From Bacteroidia bacterium (GTDB taxonomy: Bacteria; Bacteroidota; Bacteroidia; UKL13-3), in assembly GCA_049243005.1 (NCBI GenBank), contig JBMLOK010000424.1, forward strand, positions 9,689 through 53,639: DNA of 43,951 nt. The letters run 5' to 3'. Shown one piece after another: positions 10,015-18,985 of this stretch; position 1 is the first letter of the stretch; each line of letters starts with the position of its first letter. Both the position numbers and the translations under genes were made by a program. The notes under the pieces were generated by a model that had not been told where the DNA came from, searched no databases, and was given only the letters and a program-made list of their open reading frames with translations.

Positions 10015-10747
10015 GATTTTAATTTTTCAATTAATCCTTTTTAGTTTTCCTGTTTGGGTTTTTGCAGAAAAATCAGCAGGAAACTGTTCTATATATTTTG
10101 ATGTGGAAGGCGAACAAGTCGCTGAATTGTACCCAAATTCTTATTTCATAGCACATAATTTTAATGCACGTAAATCTAGAATCTTATTGGATTGTTGGGT
10201 GAAAAAAAATCAACAATACGATGGAATCAGATTGGAAAGAGGTGCATTACTATTTAATTCATCTTTAAAAAAGACAGGTAAAGTTATTCGACCATTTAAT
10301 CCAATGCGTGAATTGGAGTCGAATGATAGCATGGCACATATTCAAATTGTAGCTTTTATTGATAATGCTTCTATTGATCCGATTTCGGTGCCAGAATTGG
10401 AATTAGAGAAATTATTGGGTAGTGCGGGTCAAAATGAGAGGTTTTCCTATTTTGAAGAATACATCAAAAAATTTGGCTATTTTGAGCAAGAAAAGTACGA
10501 AAATTATGAAAGCTGGCTGATTCCAGAATTTGATTTTGTTACGCAAACTTATACCAACAGAATTCTGATGATTTTTTACAATAGAGAGCTAATTTCTATT
10601 TTTCATCACCGACCGGTTAAGGCAAAAGTTTATGATTCTATCGAAACTGGCGGCCGTTTTGGAATGATTTATAATTCTAAATTTTCTGAAAATTCAAAGG
10701 CTAAATTGATGGAAATTTATAAGAGAAAAATGATCATTTCTCATTAA
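9986..10747 (+). CDS. secreted hypothetical protein (start uncertain)
   Basis: The ORF is open from 9899, but that ATG overlaps DedA by 116 nt. In-frame TTG codons at 9974, 9980 and 9986 precede a signal-peptide-like stretch NIKEQVIRILIFQLILFSFPVWVFA. No family was recognised. Confidence 0.45.
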   Translation: MLNIKEQVIRILIFQLILFSFPVWVFAEKSAGNCSIYFDVEGEQVAELYPNSYFIAHNFNARKSRILLDCWVKKNQQYDGIRLERGALLFNSSLKKTGKVIRPFNPMRELESNDSMAHIQIVAFIDNASIDPISVPELELEKLLGSAGQNERFSYFEEYIKKFGYFEQEKYENYESWLIPEFDFVTQTYTNRILMIFYNRELISIFHHRPVKAKVYDSIETGGRFGMIYNSKFSENSKAKLMEIYKRKMIISH

Positions 10748-10972
10748 AATCACAGGCCTAGTTTTGAATGATTTTGGATGAAAATCCTTTGTTTTTCCCA
10801 AAATTGGACAGTTTGACGAATTATTTTAACTTATTGTATTTTTTACACTTTCTATAATTGCTTGATGGTCAATGTGTTTTTTGTAAATTGTACAACTAAC
10901 ATGCTGAGTTTAAAATAAATTATGAAATCTTTCAATTCTTTGTTCATTTTTGTTTTATAACATGCCGCATTT

Positions 10973-12349
10973 ATGGCGACTCATAAAAATAGTTTTAAAA
11001 TATTTATAGTAGAAGATGATACCTGGTATAGGAATTTCTTATCGTATTCGGTAGGATTAAATCCTGACTATGTAGTTGAGTCATTTGCTGATGGTAAAGA
11101 TTTTTTGGCCAACATTCATAAAAAGCCGGATTTAGTAACTGTTGATTACAGTTTACCAGGAATGAATGGTGCTGAATTAATCAAAAAAATCAAAGAGATT
11201 GATGACCAAATCCAAATTGTTGTAATTTCGGGTCAGGAAGACGTTGGTACAGCCGTAGAATTATTGAAGCTAGGTGTATTCGACTACATCATTAAAAATG
11301 AAGATACAAAACCTCGTTTACTCAATTCAATTTTTAATGCCCTTACCAATACCGAGCTAAGAACTGAAATTGATGAACTAAAAGAAGACCTTGGTAAAAA
11401 GTATGATTTCAGCAAAACAATTATTGGTAATAGTGATATCATAAAAAAGACCTTTTCATTAATCGAAAAGGCTGCCAGTAGCAAAATTACAGTATCAATA
11501 ACAGGAGAAACAGGAACAGGAAAAGAATTGGTAGCTAAGGCTATTCATTACCATAGCGAAAGGAAAAAAGCTGCTTTTGTTCCTGTGAATGTGGCTGCAA
11601 TTCCAAAGGATTTAATAGAAAGTGAATTGTTTGGACACGAAAAAGGTTCATTTACTGGTGCTGATGCCAGACGAATTGGGAAGTTTGAACAAGCAAATAA
11701 AGGAACTATATTTTTGGACGAAATTGGTGAGCTTGATTTAAGTTTACAGTCTAAATTATTACGTGTACTTCAAGAAAGAGAAGTTACAAGAGTGGGAGGA
11801 AATCAAACCCTTTCAATTGATGTAAGAGTGATAGTTGCCACTCATAAAAATCTTGCACAAGAAGTTCAGGAAGGAAGATTCAGAGAGGATTTGTACTATC
11901 GATTATTAGGTTTGCCTTTAGCTTTGCCTGCTTTAAGAGATAGAGGTCATGATATCATACACATATCAAAATCTTTTATTGATGAGTATTGCAGAGAAAA
12001 TAAGGTAAAGAAGTTGATTTTAAGTTCTGAAGCACAAAAGAAACTTTTGGATTATACTTATCCCGGAAACATTAGAGAGCTAAAAGCAATTATTGAATTG
12101 GCTTGTGTAATGTGTGATGATGGAGTAATTGAAGGGAAAGACATTACTTACAATTCAGAAAAATCAGTTTCGAATTTTTTAAGTAAGGAAATGACCCTTG
12201 ATGATTATAATAATTTAATCATTAAGAATTATCTTGAAAAATATGATGATAATGTTATAACAGTTGCCAAAAAACTGAATGTGGGTAAATCAACCATATA
12301 CAGAATTATGAAAACTGAAGAATTCCAAAACATTTATAAAAGCAAATAA
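10973..12349 (+). CDS. sigma-54-dependent response regulator (REC + AAA+ enhancer-binding domain + Fis-type HTH; NtrC family)
   Basis: 458 aa. Receiver domain (FIVEDD; [14 protein letters not shown]), Walker A GETGTGKE, sigma-54 contact loop [15 protein letters not shown], and C-terminal [20 protein letters not shown]. Confidence 0.9.
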   Translation: MATHKNSFKIFIVEDDTWYRNFLSYSVGLNPDYVVESFADGKDFLANIHKKPDLVTVDYSLPGMNGAELIKKIKEIDDQIQIVVISGQEDVGTAVELLKLGVFDYIIKNEDTKPRLLNSIFNALTNTELRTEIDELKEDLGKKYDFSKTIIGNSDIIKKTFSLIEKAASSKITVSITGETGTGKELVAKAIHYHSERKKAAFVPVNVAAIPKDLIESELFGHEKGSFTGADARRIGKFEQANKGTIFLDEIGELDLSLQSKLLRVLQEREVTRVGGNQTLSIDVRVIVATHKNLAQEVQEGRFREDLYYRLLGLPLALPALRDRGHDIIHISKSFIDEYCRENKVKKLILSSEAQKKLLDYTYPGNIRELKAIIELACVMCDDGVIEGKDITYNSEKSVSNFLSKEMTLDDYNNLIIKNYLEKYDDNVITVAKKLNVGKSTIYRIMKTEEFQNIYKSK

Positions 12350-12359
12350 TAAAATCTAT

Positions 12360-12740
12360 ATGAAAAAGACATTACTAGCCCTTGATGATGAAATCAGTAT
12401 CCTTAAAATTCTGGATTTCTATTTTGGAAAAACCTACAATGTTGTAGCAAAACAAAATGGAAAAGAAGCTTTAGAGTGGATGCAACAAGGCGTAATTCCT
12501 GATGTAATTGTGGCTGATATTAATATGCCTGAATTAAATGGAATTGAGTTTATTAAGCAAATTCGTTCTAGTGGATTTTTTAAAGATATTCCTTTAATTA
12601 TGTTATCAGGTAATGAAGGAAGTGCTGAGAAAATTAAGTGTCTAAAATCCGGTGCTGATGATTATTTAATTAAGCCATTCAATCCGGAAGAACTTGAAGC
12701 TCGAATTGATAATATTTTTCGTAGACTAAAAAAGGTTTAA
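12360..12740 (+). CDS. single-domain response regulator (CheY-like)
   Basis: 126 aa: LLALDDE, DVIVADINMPELNGIEF, LMLSG, YLIKPF. No output domain. Confidence 0.85.
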   Translation: MKKTLLALDDEISILKILDFYFGKTYNVVAKQNGKEALEWMQQGVIPDVIVADINMPELNGIEFIKQIRSSGFFKDIPLIMLSGNEGSAEKIKCLKSGADDYLIKPFNPEELEARIDNIFRRLKKV

Positions 12741-12743
12741 TCT

Positions 12744-13940
12744 ATGGAGGCTTCCAATAACAAACCAAGAATTGCATTTATCTCAACTGATGCAGATTCA
12801 ATTGTAGAGTTCTCTCATTTGTTTAAAGAGGAATTTGAAATTTATCATTTCGATAATATTTTTCAATTTATTCAATGGACAAACAAGAATGAACCTGTAA
12901 AATTAATTGTTCCTCATTCTGATTTGTTAGGTGTAAATGGTATTACACTTAGAAAGAATTGTAAGAATGTTCCAAATACAGCCAATGTTCCTTTTGTTTT
13001 AATTGTTGATAGAATCAATGATTCAAGCAGAAATATTGCTTTACATGAGCAATTTGCCGATATTTTTGAACGTCCGGTTAATAAGGAAGAGTTTCTTACT
13101 AGAACAAAATATTTAATTGAAAATCCTCCAAGGTACCATAAGTCAATTTTGGATGCCAGAACGGAATTCCCTAAATACCATATGCCTTTTTCAAAAAGGT
13201 TGTTTGATATTATTGTAGCCTCAATTGCTCTGATAATGTTATCACCGATTTTATTACTGATTATTATAATCATCAGTTTGGAATCTAAAGGACCTGTATT
13301 TTATGCAGCCAAACGTGTGGGAACCGGTTATGTTCTATTTGATTTCTACAAATTCAGATCGATGCGCCAGGGTGCAGATGCCATGTTGAAAAACCTGAAA
13401 CATTTGAACCAATATGCAAACGCACCAGAGGAAAAATCAATTGAAGAATATAAAACCTTTTTGTGTGATGAGTGCAAAACTGCAAATACACCATGCAGAA
13501 ACAAATTATACATGGATGGTGATATGATTTGTGAAAAAGTATTCGCTGATGTAAAAAGAATTAAAGAAGGTTCTAAATTTATTAAAATCGAAAACGATCC
13601 ACGTATTACCAAATTTGGTAAAATCCTTAGAAATACCAGTATGGATGAATTACCTCAATTAATAAATGTATTAAAAGGTGATATGAGTATTGTAGGTAAC
13701 AGACCTCTTCCATTATACGAAGCTGAAAAATTAACTACAGATCATTTCTCTTTAAGATTTCTTGCTCCTGCAGGTATTACAGGTTTATGGCAAGTAACCA
13801 AAAGAGGTAAAGGTGGCCCAATGAGTGAAGAAGAAAGAATGGAACTTGATAATGAATACGCTAAAAATTATTCATTATGGAATGATATCAAATTAATTTT
13901 GAGAACAATTCCGGCCTTGTTCCAAAAGGAAAATGTTTAA
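12744..13940 (+). CDS. priming sugar-phosphate transferase (bacterial sugar transferase / WbaP-EpsE family) with N-terminal divergent receiver-like domain
   Basis: 398 aa. The C-terminal half has the TM helix RLFDIIVASIALIMLSPILLLIIII, then GPVFYAAKRVG, KFRSM, DPRITKFG and DELPQLINVLKGDMSIVGNRPLP. The N-terminal ~125 aa has a receiver-like pattern (RIAFISTDAD; KLIVPHSDLLGVNG). Confidence 0.85.
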   Translation: MEASNNKPRIAFISTDADSIVEFSHLFKEEFEIYHFDNIFQFIQWTNKNEPVKLIVPHSDLLGVNGITLRKNCKNVPNTANVPFVLIVDRINDSSRNIALHEQFADIFERPVNKEEFLTRTKYLIENPPRYHKSILDARTEFPKYHMPFSKRLFDIIVASIALIMLSPILLLIIIIISLESKGPVFYAAKRVGTGYVLFDFYKFRSMRQGADAMLKNLKHLNQYANAPEEKSIEEYKTFLCDECKTANTPCRNKLYMDGDMICEKVFADVKRIKEGSKFIKIENDPRITKFGKILRNTSMDELPQLINVLKGDMSIVGNRPLPLYEAEKLTTDHFSLRFLAPAGITGLWQVTKRGKGGPMSEEERMELDNEYAKNYSLWNDIKLILRTIPALFQKENV

Positions 13941-13971
13941 AAAAAAAACATTCATCAAATTATTCAATAAC

Positions 13972-14003
13972 AAAAAAGGAGTTTCAAACGAAACTCCTTT
14001 TTT
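13972..14003. terminator. bidirectional rho-independent terminator between convergent genes
   Basis: Stem GGAGTTTC (13978-13985), loop AAAC, stem GAAACTCC (13990-13997), flanked by A6 and T6 runs. Confidence 0.65.
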
Positions 14004-14021
14004 GTTATACATTGATTTAAA

Positions 14022-14636
14022 TTAAACCTTTTCCCACTTACCAGAATCTTTGTTATATTGTTTAATAACTCTTGCAGGATTACCTACTGCAATTGAAAAT
14101 GGCGGAATATCTTTTGTTACTACTGCACCTGCTGCTACTACGCAATGTTTTCCAATAGTAACTCCTGCTGTTACAACGGCATTCGCCCCAATCCAACTAT
14201 CATCTTCAATAAATATGGGTGCAGTACTCACCGGCTGTTTATGAATAGGTAAATTGATGTCTTCATAACCATGATTTAATCCACTCATAACAATATTCTG
14301 AGCAAGAATAACATTGTTTCCAACAGTAACTGGTCCAATTACAACATTCCCAATTCCAATTCTGCTATTATTACCAATTATTACAGGACCAACACCATTA
14401 TTTATAGTTGAAAAATCTTCAATAGTACTTCCTTCTCCTAAACTAAAAGGGTTAAATGGGAGTACATCAATTCTGGTTCTTCTTCTAATCACCGAGTTTT
14501 TACCTCTTTGGTGATAGAATGGATTTACAAAATATTTCACCCAAAGTCGTGGACGTGCCTGGCCTCTAGGTATCAGTAAATAATGAACAAATTTTTTAAG
14601 TGATTTATTCGATTTGATTGTTTCTGCTATTCCCAT
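14022..14636 (-). CDS. hexapeptide-repeat (left-handed beta-helix) acyl/acetyltransferase
   Basis: 204 aa with repeated [LIV]G hexapeptide periodicity (IGNNSRIGIGNVVIGPVTVGNNVILAQNIVM; IGANAVVTAGVTIGKHCVVAAGAVV). Confidence 0.85.
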   Translation of the reverse strand: MGIAETIKSNKSLKKFVHYLLIPRGQARPRLWVKYFVNPFYHQRGKNSVIRRRTRIDVLPFNPFSLGEGSTIEDFSTINNGVGPVIIGNNSRIGIGNVVIGPVTVGNNVILAQNIVMSGLNHGYEDINLPIHKQPVSTAPIFIEDDSWIGANAVVTAGVTIGKHCVVAAGAVVTKDIPPFSIAVGNPARVIKQYNKDSGKWEKV

Positions 14637-14642
14637 TACTAA

Positions 14643-15869
14643 TTATAAAGAAGGTTTAACTTTTTCAATGGAATCATAAATAGCTTTTACACTGTTTTCC
14701 CAGGTATGAGTAGCAGCAAATGCCATTCTTGATTCAATTTTTTGAGGATTATTTTCTGCTAATGCTTTTTTAATTAGCGGAGCATAATCATCAGATGTTT
14801 GTGCAAGATAACAATGCTCAGCAAATATTTCCATTGCTTTAGTTGCTGTAGCAACAGTTGGTTTTCCCATAGCCAAATATTCATCAATTTTTCTTGGATA
14901 ATTCCCAATAGTAACCTCATTTAGGATTTGAGGATTGATTGCAACATCAAATCCATTTAAATAATCTGCAAGAACATTTCCAGGTTTAGCTCCTAAAAAA
15001 TGAACATTTGGAAGTTGATGTAAATCGGAGTTTTTAAAACCTTCATCTTCCGGTCCAATTAAAACAATGCTCCAACTAGGTTCTTTTTTAGCAATTTTTC
15101 GAATAATCTCTAAATCAAGCCTTAAAGTATATAAAGCACCTATATATCCAATGATAGGTTGTTTAAGATTCCTCATATCTTCAGGGATTTCTCTACTTAC
15201 CTGAGGATTGAATGCGCTAATATCACAGCCTTGCCCAACATAAAAAGAGTTATTGTTGTGTTTTTGTGCCAGTGAAGCCAAATAAGTGGAGTTTGCACAA
15301 ACCAAATCAACCTTCGACATAAACTCAGCCTCTAATAAATGACCATGTTTTTGCCAGTAAGGAACACTCATCATATTATCACGTGTATAATAAATAGATA
15401 ATGCAGGTTTTAACATTTCCTTTAAATGATAACTGCGAAACATATCACTATCGGTAAAAATGATATAATCCTTAAAGTTTAATTCATCAATTGCTTTTTT
15501 AATTTCTCTTGAAAAACGCTTGTTATTTATTCGGTTAAATAGGCGAAATAAAAATGTAAAAGGAAGCCAGTTTATTGATTCTAATAGTGAAGTAGGTGAG
15601 AGGGTCCAAAGGTTCTCTTTTACAAGCTCTAAATTAGGTTTTAATCCTTCTTTCATTTCTTGCCGAATTTTTACATGGGGCTTGTCTTTTTCCCTTTTTG
15701 CACTTGACCTATCGAATGCATAATTAACATAAAGTACTCTGTTTTGCTTCGATAGTTCCTCTGCAATGTTAATGCAATTGCTACCAATTGGTAGGTAAAA
15801 AGGTTGTAGGCTTGTAATGATAATGTCGCGATTTCTCATGGGTTCCGAGTCTTTTTCAAGTTGATTCAA
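14643..15869 (-). CDS. glycosyltransferase, GT-B fold (GT4-like)
   Basis: 408 aa. The C-terminal half is GT1/GT4-like (VLIGPEDEG...HFLGAKP...FDVAINPQ...KIDEYLAMGKPTVAT). An alternative start at Met11 (15839) is possible. Confidence 0.75.
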   Translation of the reverse strand: MNQLEKDSEPMRNRDIIITSLQPFYLPIGSNCINIAEELSKQNRVLYVNYAFDRSSAKREKDKPHVKIRQEMKEGLKPNLELVKENLWTLSPTSLLESINWLPFTFLFRLFNRINNKRFSREIKKAIDELNFKDYIIFTDSDMFRSYHLKEMLKPALSIYYTRDNMMSVPYWQKHGHLLEAEFMSKVDLVCANSTYLASLAQKHNNNSFYVGQGCDISAFNPQVSREIPEDMRNLKQPIIGYIGALYTLRLDLEIIRKIAKKEPSWSIVLIGPEDEGFKNSDLHQLPNVHFLGAKPGNVLADYLNGFDVAINPQILNEVTIGNYPRKIDEYLAMGKPTVATATKAMEIFAEHCYLAQTSDDYAPLIKKALAENNPQKIESRMAFAATHTWENSVKAIYDSIEKVKPSL

Positions 15870-16012
15870 ATAACAGATTTTTTTTTGAATTTTAGCAGTT
15901 TTAAAAAATTAGACACCATTATTCTAAGGGTTAATAACTGCTTTCATACAATATATGCTTCTGAACTTACTTTGTTGTAGCACAAAATAAATAATGTGCA
16001 TGAACTATAAGC

Positions 16013-16765
16013 ATGAAAAAACTAAGTCTATATTTACTCATTTTGTTCAGTCTTTTTGCAATGTCATTTCAGGCAAATGCACAAGTTGACGAGTCTGTCT
16101 TTTTAGACCCAAAAGTTGATATTGAGGTTTTACTCCCAAGGTTTGATTCTCTATATCAAATTGCTTTAGCTAAAAATGAAAACTTTAAAGCTGAAGCCGC
16201 TGTCATGCGTTCGAACATGTGGACAGAAAGTTATACCCGTTGGTTATGGGCAAATAACGTAAGTGTATTCTATAACTATTCTTTCGGTAGTTTACCATTC
16301 TTTGGTTATGCAGATCCGGTTCAGCCTACTCAGTTAGTATTAGTAACAAGAGGTTATAGAGCAGGTGTAAATATTCAAATTTCAGTTTTTGATGTATTGG
16401 GTCATAAGGGTAGAGTGAATGAAGTAAAGGAAAAAATCATTGCTTCAAAACACCATAAAGAGGCTGTTGCACAGGAATTAAGAAGAAGTTTAGGTCAGTT
16501 TTATGCTGATATGGTTGGCTACAATAGATTATATAAAGCCAGAAACGAGGATTTATTAACTCAAACTGTAGCATGTGCTGTTGCAGAAAAAGAGTGGAGA
16601 GAAGGAACAATTCATATTTCTGAATATTCCAGACAAAAAAATGTGTTGGCTGATGCTGAGTCAGCTTATCATGAGGCTTTCAGGTTTTATTACAGTTCAC
16701 TGTTACAATTTGAGGCTTTATTGGGTGTTCCATTAAAGAGTTTAGTTAAAAAGAAAAAAGGATAA
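16013..16765 (+). CDS. single-repeat TolC/OEP-like outer-membrane protein (half-size)
   Basis: 250 aa with signal peptide ending FQANA|Q. It contains one OEP-type unit: a helix, two amphipathic strands (NVSVFYNYSFGS; GYRAGVNIQISVFD), then about 110 aa of long helices ending LLQFEALLG. Its stop lies 2 nt before the next gene. Confidence 0.55.
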   Translation: MKKLSLYLLILFSLFAMSFQANAQVDESVFLDPKVDIEVLLPRFDSLYQIALAKNENFKAEAAVMRSNMWTESYTRWLWANNVSVFYNYSFGSLPFFGYADPVQPTQLVLVTRGYRAGVNIQISVFDVLGHKGRVNEVKEKIIASKHHKEAVAQELRRSLGQFYADMVGYNRLYKARNEDLLTQTVACAVAEKEWREGTIHISEYSRQKNVLADAESAYHEAFRFYYSSLLQFEALLGVPLKSLVKKKKG

Positions 16766-16767
16766 TA

Positions 16768-18966
16768 ATGACATTTATACAGTTTTTAAGGATATTCAGC
16801 CGAAACCTAAAGTGGTTAATTTTCTTTCCATTATTGGTTGCTGTTTTGGTATATTTTCTTACCTCGAAAATGCCAAAAGAATACCAATCAGGTACAAGTG
16901 TGTATACCGGTTTTGCATCTGGTTATGGTATTACCAGTGGTGAGGAAGTTCAACGAGTGGATTATTTCGCTGTAAATAATGCATTTGATAACTTATTGGC
17001 TACTGTAAAAGCTCGTCAGACTCTGGAAGACGTTGCTATAAACTTGCTAGCTCAGCATTTATTGTTAGAAATGCCCGATCCTTTGTATTTAAGTGCTGAA
17101 AGTTTTGAACGATTAAAAAACGAAATTGATGAACCTACAAGAGCTAAGTTAATTGTACCTGGTAATTTCTCTGCTACTGTTGATCGTATTACCAAAGAAA
17201 AAAATAGCTCTACCGATAATGTTGTTGTAAAATTATTATCAGACCCTAAAGGACATTATAGTTTACAAACCTTATTCAATAATTTAACTGCTGAACGTAA
17301 ATCAACTTCCGATTTCTTGGATATCTCATTCAAATCAAGTGACCCGGGTGTATGTTTAAATACAGTGAAATTTGTTTCTTTGGTTTTTATCGAAAAGTAT
17401 AAATTCTTAAAAACTTCTGAGACAGTAAATGTTGTTAAATGGTTTGAAGCCAGATTAAAAGATGCTGCTGCTGAATTGAATAATTCGGAAAACAAATTGA
17501 AAGATTTTGGTATCCGTAATAAAATCATCAACTACTACGAACAAGCAAAAGCGGTTGCTATCGAAAATGAAACCAACGAAACTGAATACTACAAAGAGTT
17601 GATGACATTTGAATCGCATAAAAAAGCGATTGCTCGTTTAGAGGATCAATTAGAGTCAAGAGAAATTTTATTGAAAAACAACTCTGAATTAAATCGTTTA
17701 AGAAAGCAATTAGCTGATGCGCATGAAGAATACGAGCGTGCTAAATTGTATACCAATAGTGAAGAGAAAATTGCAAAATTAGCAGCGAAAGTAGATGCAT
17801 TAAAGCAAGAACTAAAGGTTTGGGTGCTACAATACTATAGTATCAACAATACTATGGAGTCTGTTCCTTCTTCTGTTGTGTTGGAAAATTGGTTGAGAGA
17901 AGTAATTGGTGCAGATGCATCTGAAGCTCGCTTACAGGTTTATGTAGATAGAAGAAAAGAATTCGATAGAAAGTATAATGAATTCTCTCCTTTGAACATG
18001 CAAGTTGGTCGACTTGAACGTGAAATTAGTGTTGCTGAAAAACAATACCTTGAAATCCTTCATGGTTTGCATTTAGCTAAATTACGTCAGCAAAATATTG
18101 AGATGTCGAATAACCTTCAGGTTATGGATAGCCCAATTTTCCCAACAAAACCGCTTCCTTCACGTAGATTATTGTTAATCATTCTTTCATTCCTTGCATC
18201 ATTCTTCTTGTTATTGATTTATTTCATTGCAAAAGAATTATTAGATGGTTCAATTAAAAATACTACTCGTGCAGAAGAATTAACTGGATTGAAAACATTC
18301 TCAGCATTACCAAACAGAGGTGGATTGAGTTCTCATTCTAATATTGGAAAAATTGAAAATACATTGTTGGATTACGGTGTAACCAATTTGAAAATTGAAT
18401 TAGAGAATAGTCCTGAAAAAACTGCGAATTATTTGATAACCATCATAAGTTCCCGTGAAATGGAAGGTAAAACTTATGCTGCTCAGAAACTTGCAGAGAA
18501 ACTATACAGCCTTGATTATTCAGTATTATTCCTTTCTAATGATGATGCGTTAGATGATGCAGAAACCGAGGATAGAAGATTTAGAATGATGCGTTATGAT
18601 ATTACAAGCAAATTCTTTAATGCTAAAACAGAAGATAATTTATTACCTGAGTTATCAAGAGTTAGAAAAGATGCTTATAATTTTATCATAGTTGAAATTC
18701 CGGCTATTAGCGTAAATGCTTTACCAAATCAATTAATTAAAAATAGTCGTTTGTCATTATTAGTTTTAGATGCTAGAAGAGGTTGGACAGCTTCTGATGA
18801 TTATATCTTAAAATTATTTAGCAAAGCTTCTAGTTCTGATAACAAAATCATGACTTGGTTAAACCATGTTGAGGTTGAAAACTTAGAGAATTTAGTTGGA
18901 TCAATACCAAAATCTTCAAAGCCAGTTAAAAAGGCATTGAAACAAGAAGTTATTGAAGAAGCATAA
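16768..18966 (+). CDS. polysaccharide co-polymerase / GumC-Wzc-like protein with degenerate C-terminal P-loop domain
   Basis: 732 aa: an N-terminal TM, a Wzz-like region, extended coiled coil, a second TM (LLLIILSFLASFFLLLIYFIA), then a ~240-aa cytoplasmic domain with the P-loop-like IISSREMEGKT. Confidence 0.8.
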   Translation: MTFIQFLRIFSRNLKWLIFFPLLVAVLVYFLTSKMPKEYQSGTSVYTGFASGYGITSGEEVQRVDYFAVNNAFDNLLATVKARQTLEDVAINLLAQHLLLEMPDPLYLSAESFERLKNEIDEPTRAKLIVPGNFSATVDRITKEKNSSTDNVVVKLLSDPKGHYSLQTLFNNLTAERKSTSDFLDISFKSSDPGVCLNTVKFVSLVFIEKYKFLKTSETVNVVKWFEARLKDAAAELNNSENKLKDFGIRNKIINYYEQAKAVAIENETNETEYYKELMTFESHKKAIARLEDQLESREILLKNNSELNRLRKQLADAHEEYERAKLYTNSEEKIAKLAAKVDALKQELKVWVLQYYSINNTMESVPSSVVLENWLREVIGADASEARLQVYVDRRKEFDRKYNEFSPLNMQVGRLEREISVAEKQYLEILHGLHLAKLRQQNIEMSNNLQVMDSPIFPTKPLPSRRLLLIILSFLASFFLLLIYFIAKELLDGSIKNTTRAEELTGLKTFSALPNRGGLSSHSNIGKIENTLLDYGVTNLKIELENSPEKTANYLITIISSREMEGKTYAAQKLAEKLYSLDYSVLFLSNDDALDDAETEDRRFRMMRYDITSKFFNAKTEDNLLPELSRVRKDAYNFIIVEIPAISVNALPNQLIKNSRLSLLVLDARRGWTASDDYILKLFSKASSSDNKIMTWLNHVEVENLENLVGSIPKSSKPVKKALKQEVIEEA

Positions 18967-18985
18967 TCAGGGATTATAATATTAA

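Noticed and set aside
15878-15886. T9 homopolymer in the divergent promoter region of the EPS locus (and a similar T9 at about 41933-41941) as possible slipped-strand phase-variation tracts.
   Set aside because: Runs of this length are common in AT-rich intergenic DNA. There is no evidence of length heterogeneity from a single sequence, and the position relative to promoter elements is unknown.
15926-15943. GG-N10-GC skeleton (AAGGGTTAATAACTGCTT) about 70 nt upstream of the TolC-like/PCP operon, as a candidate sigma-54 promoter for the locus EBP.
   Set aside because: Only the GG and GC dinucleotides match. The flanking consensus (TGGCAC ... TTGCW) is absent, and such a skeleton is expected by chance. 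No convincing -24/-12 element was found by eye in any spacer of the locus.
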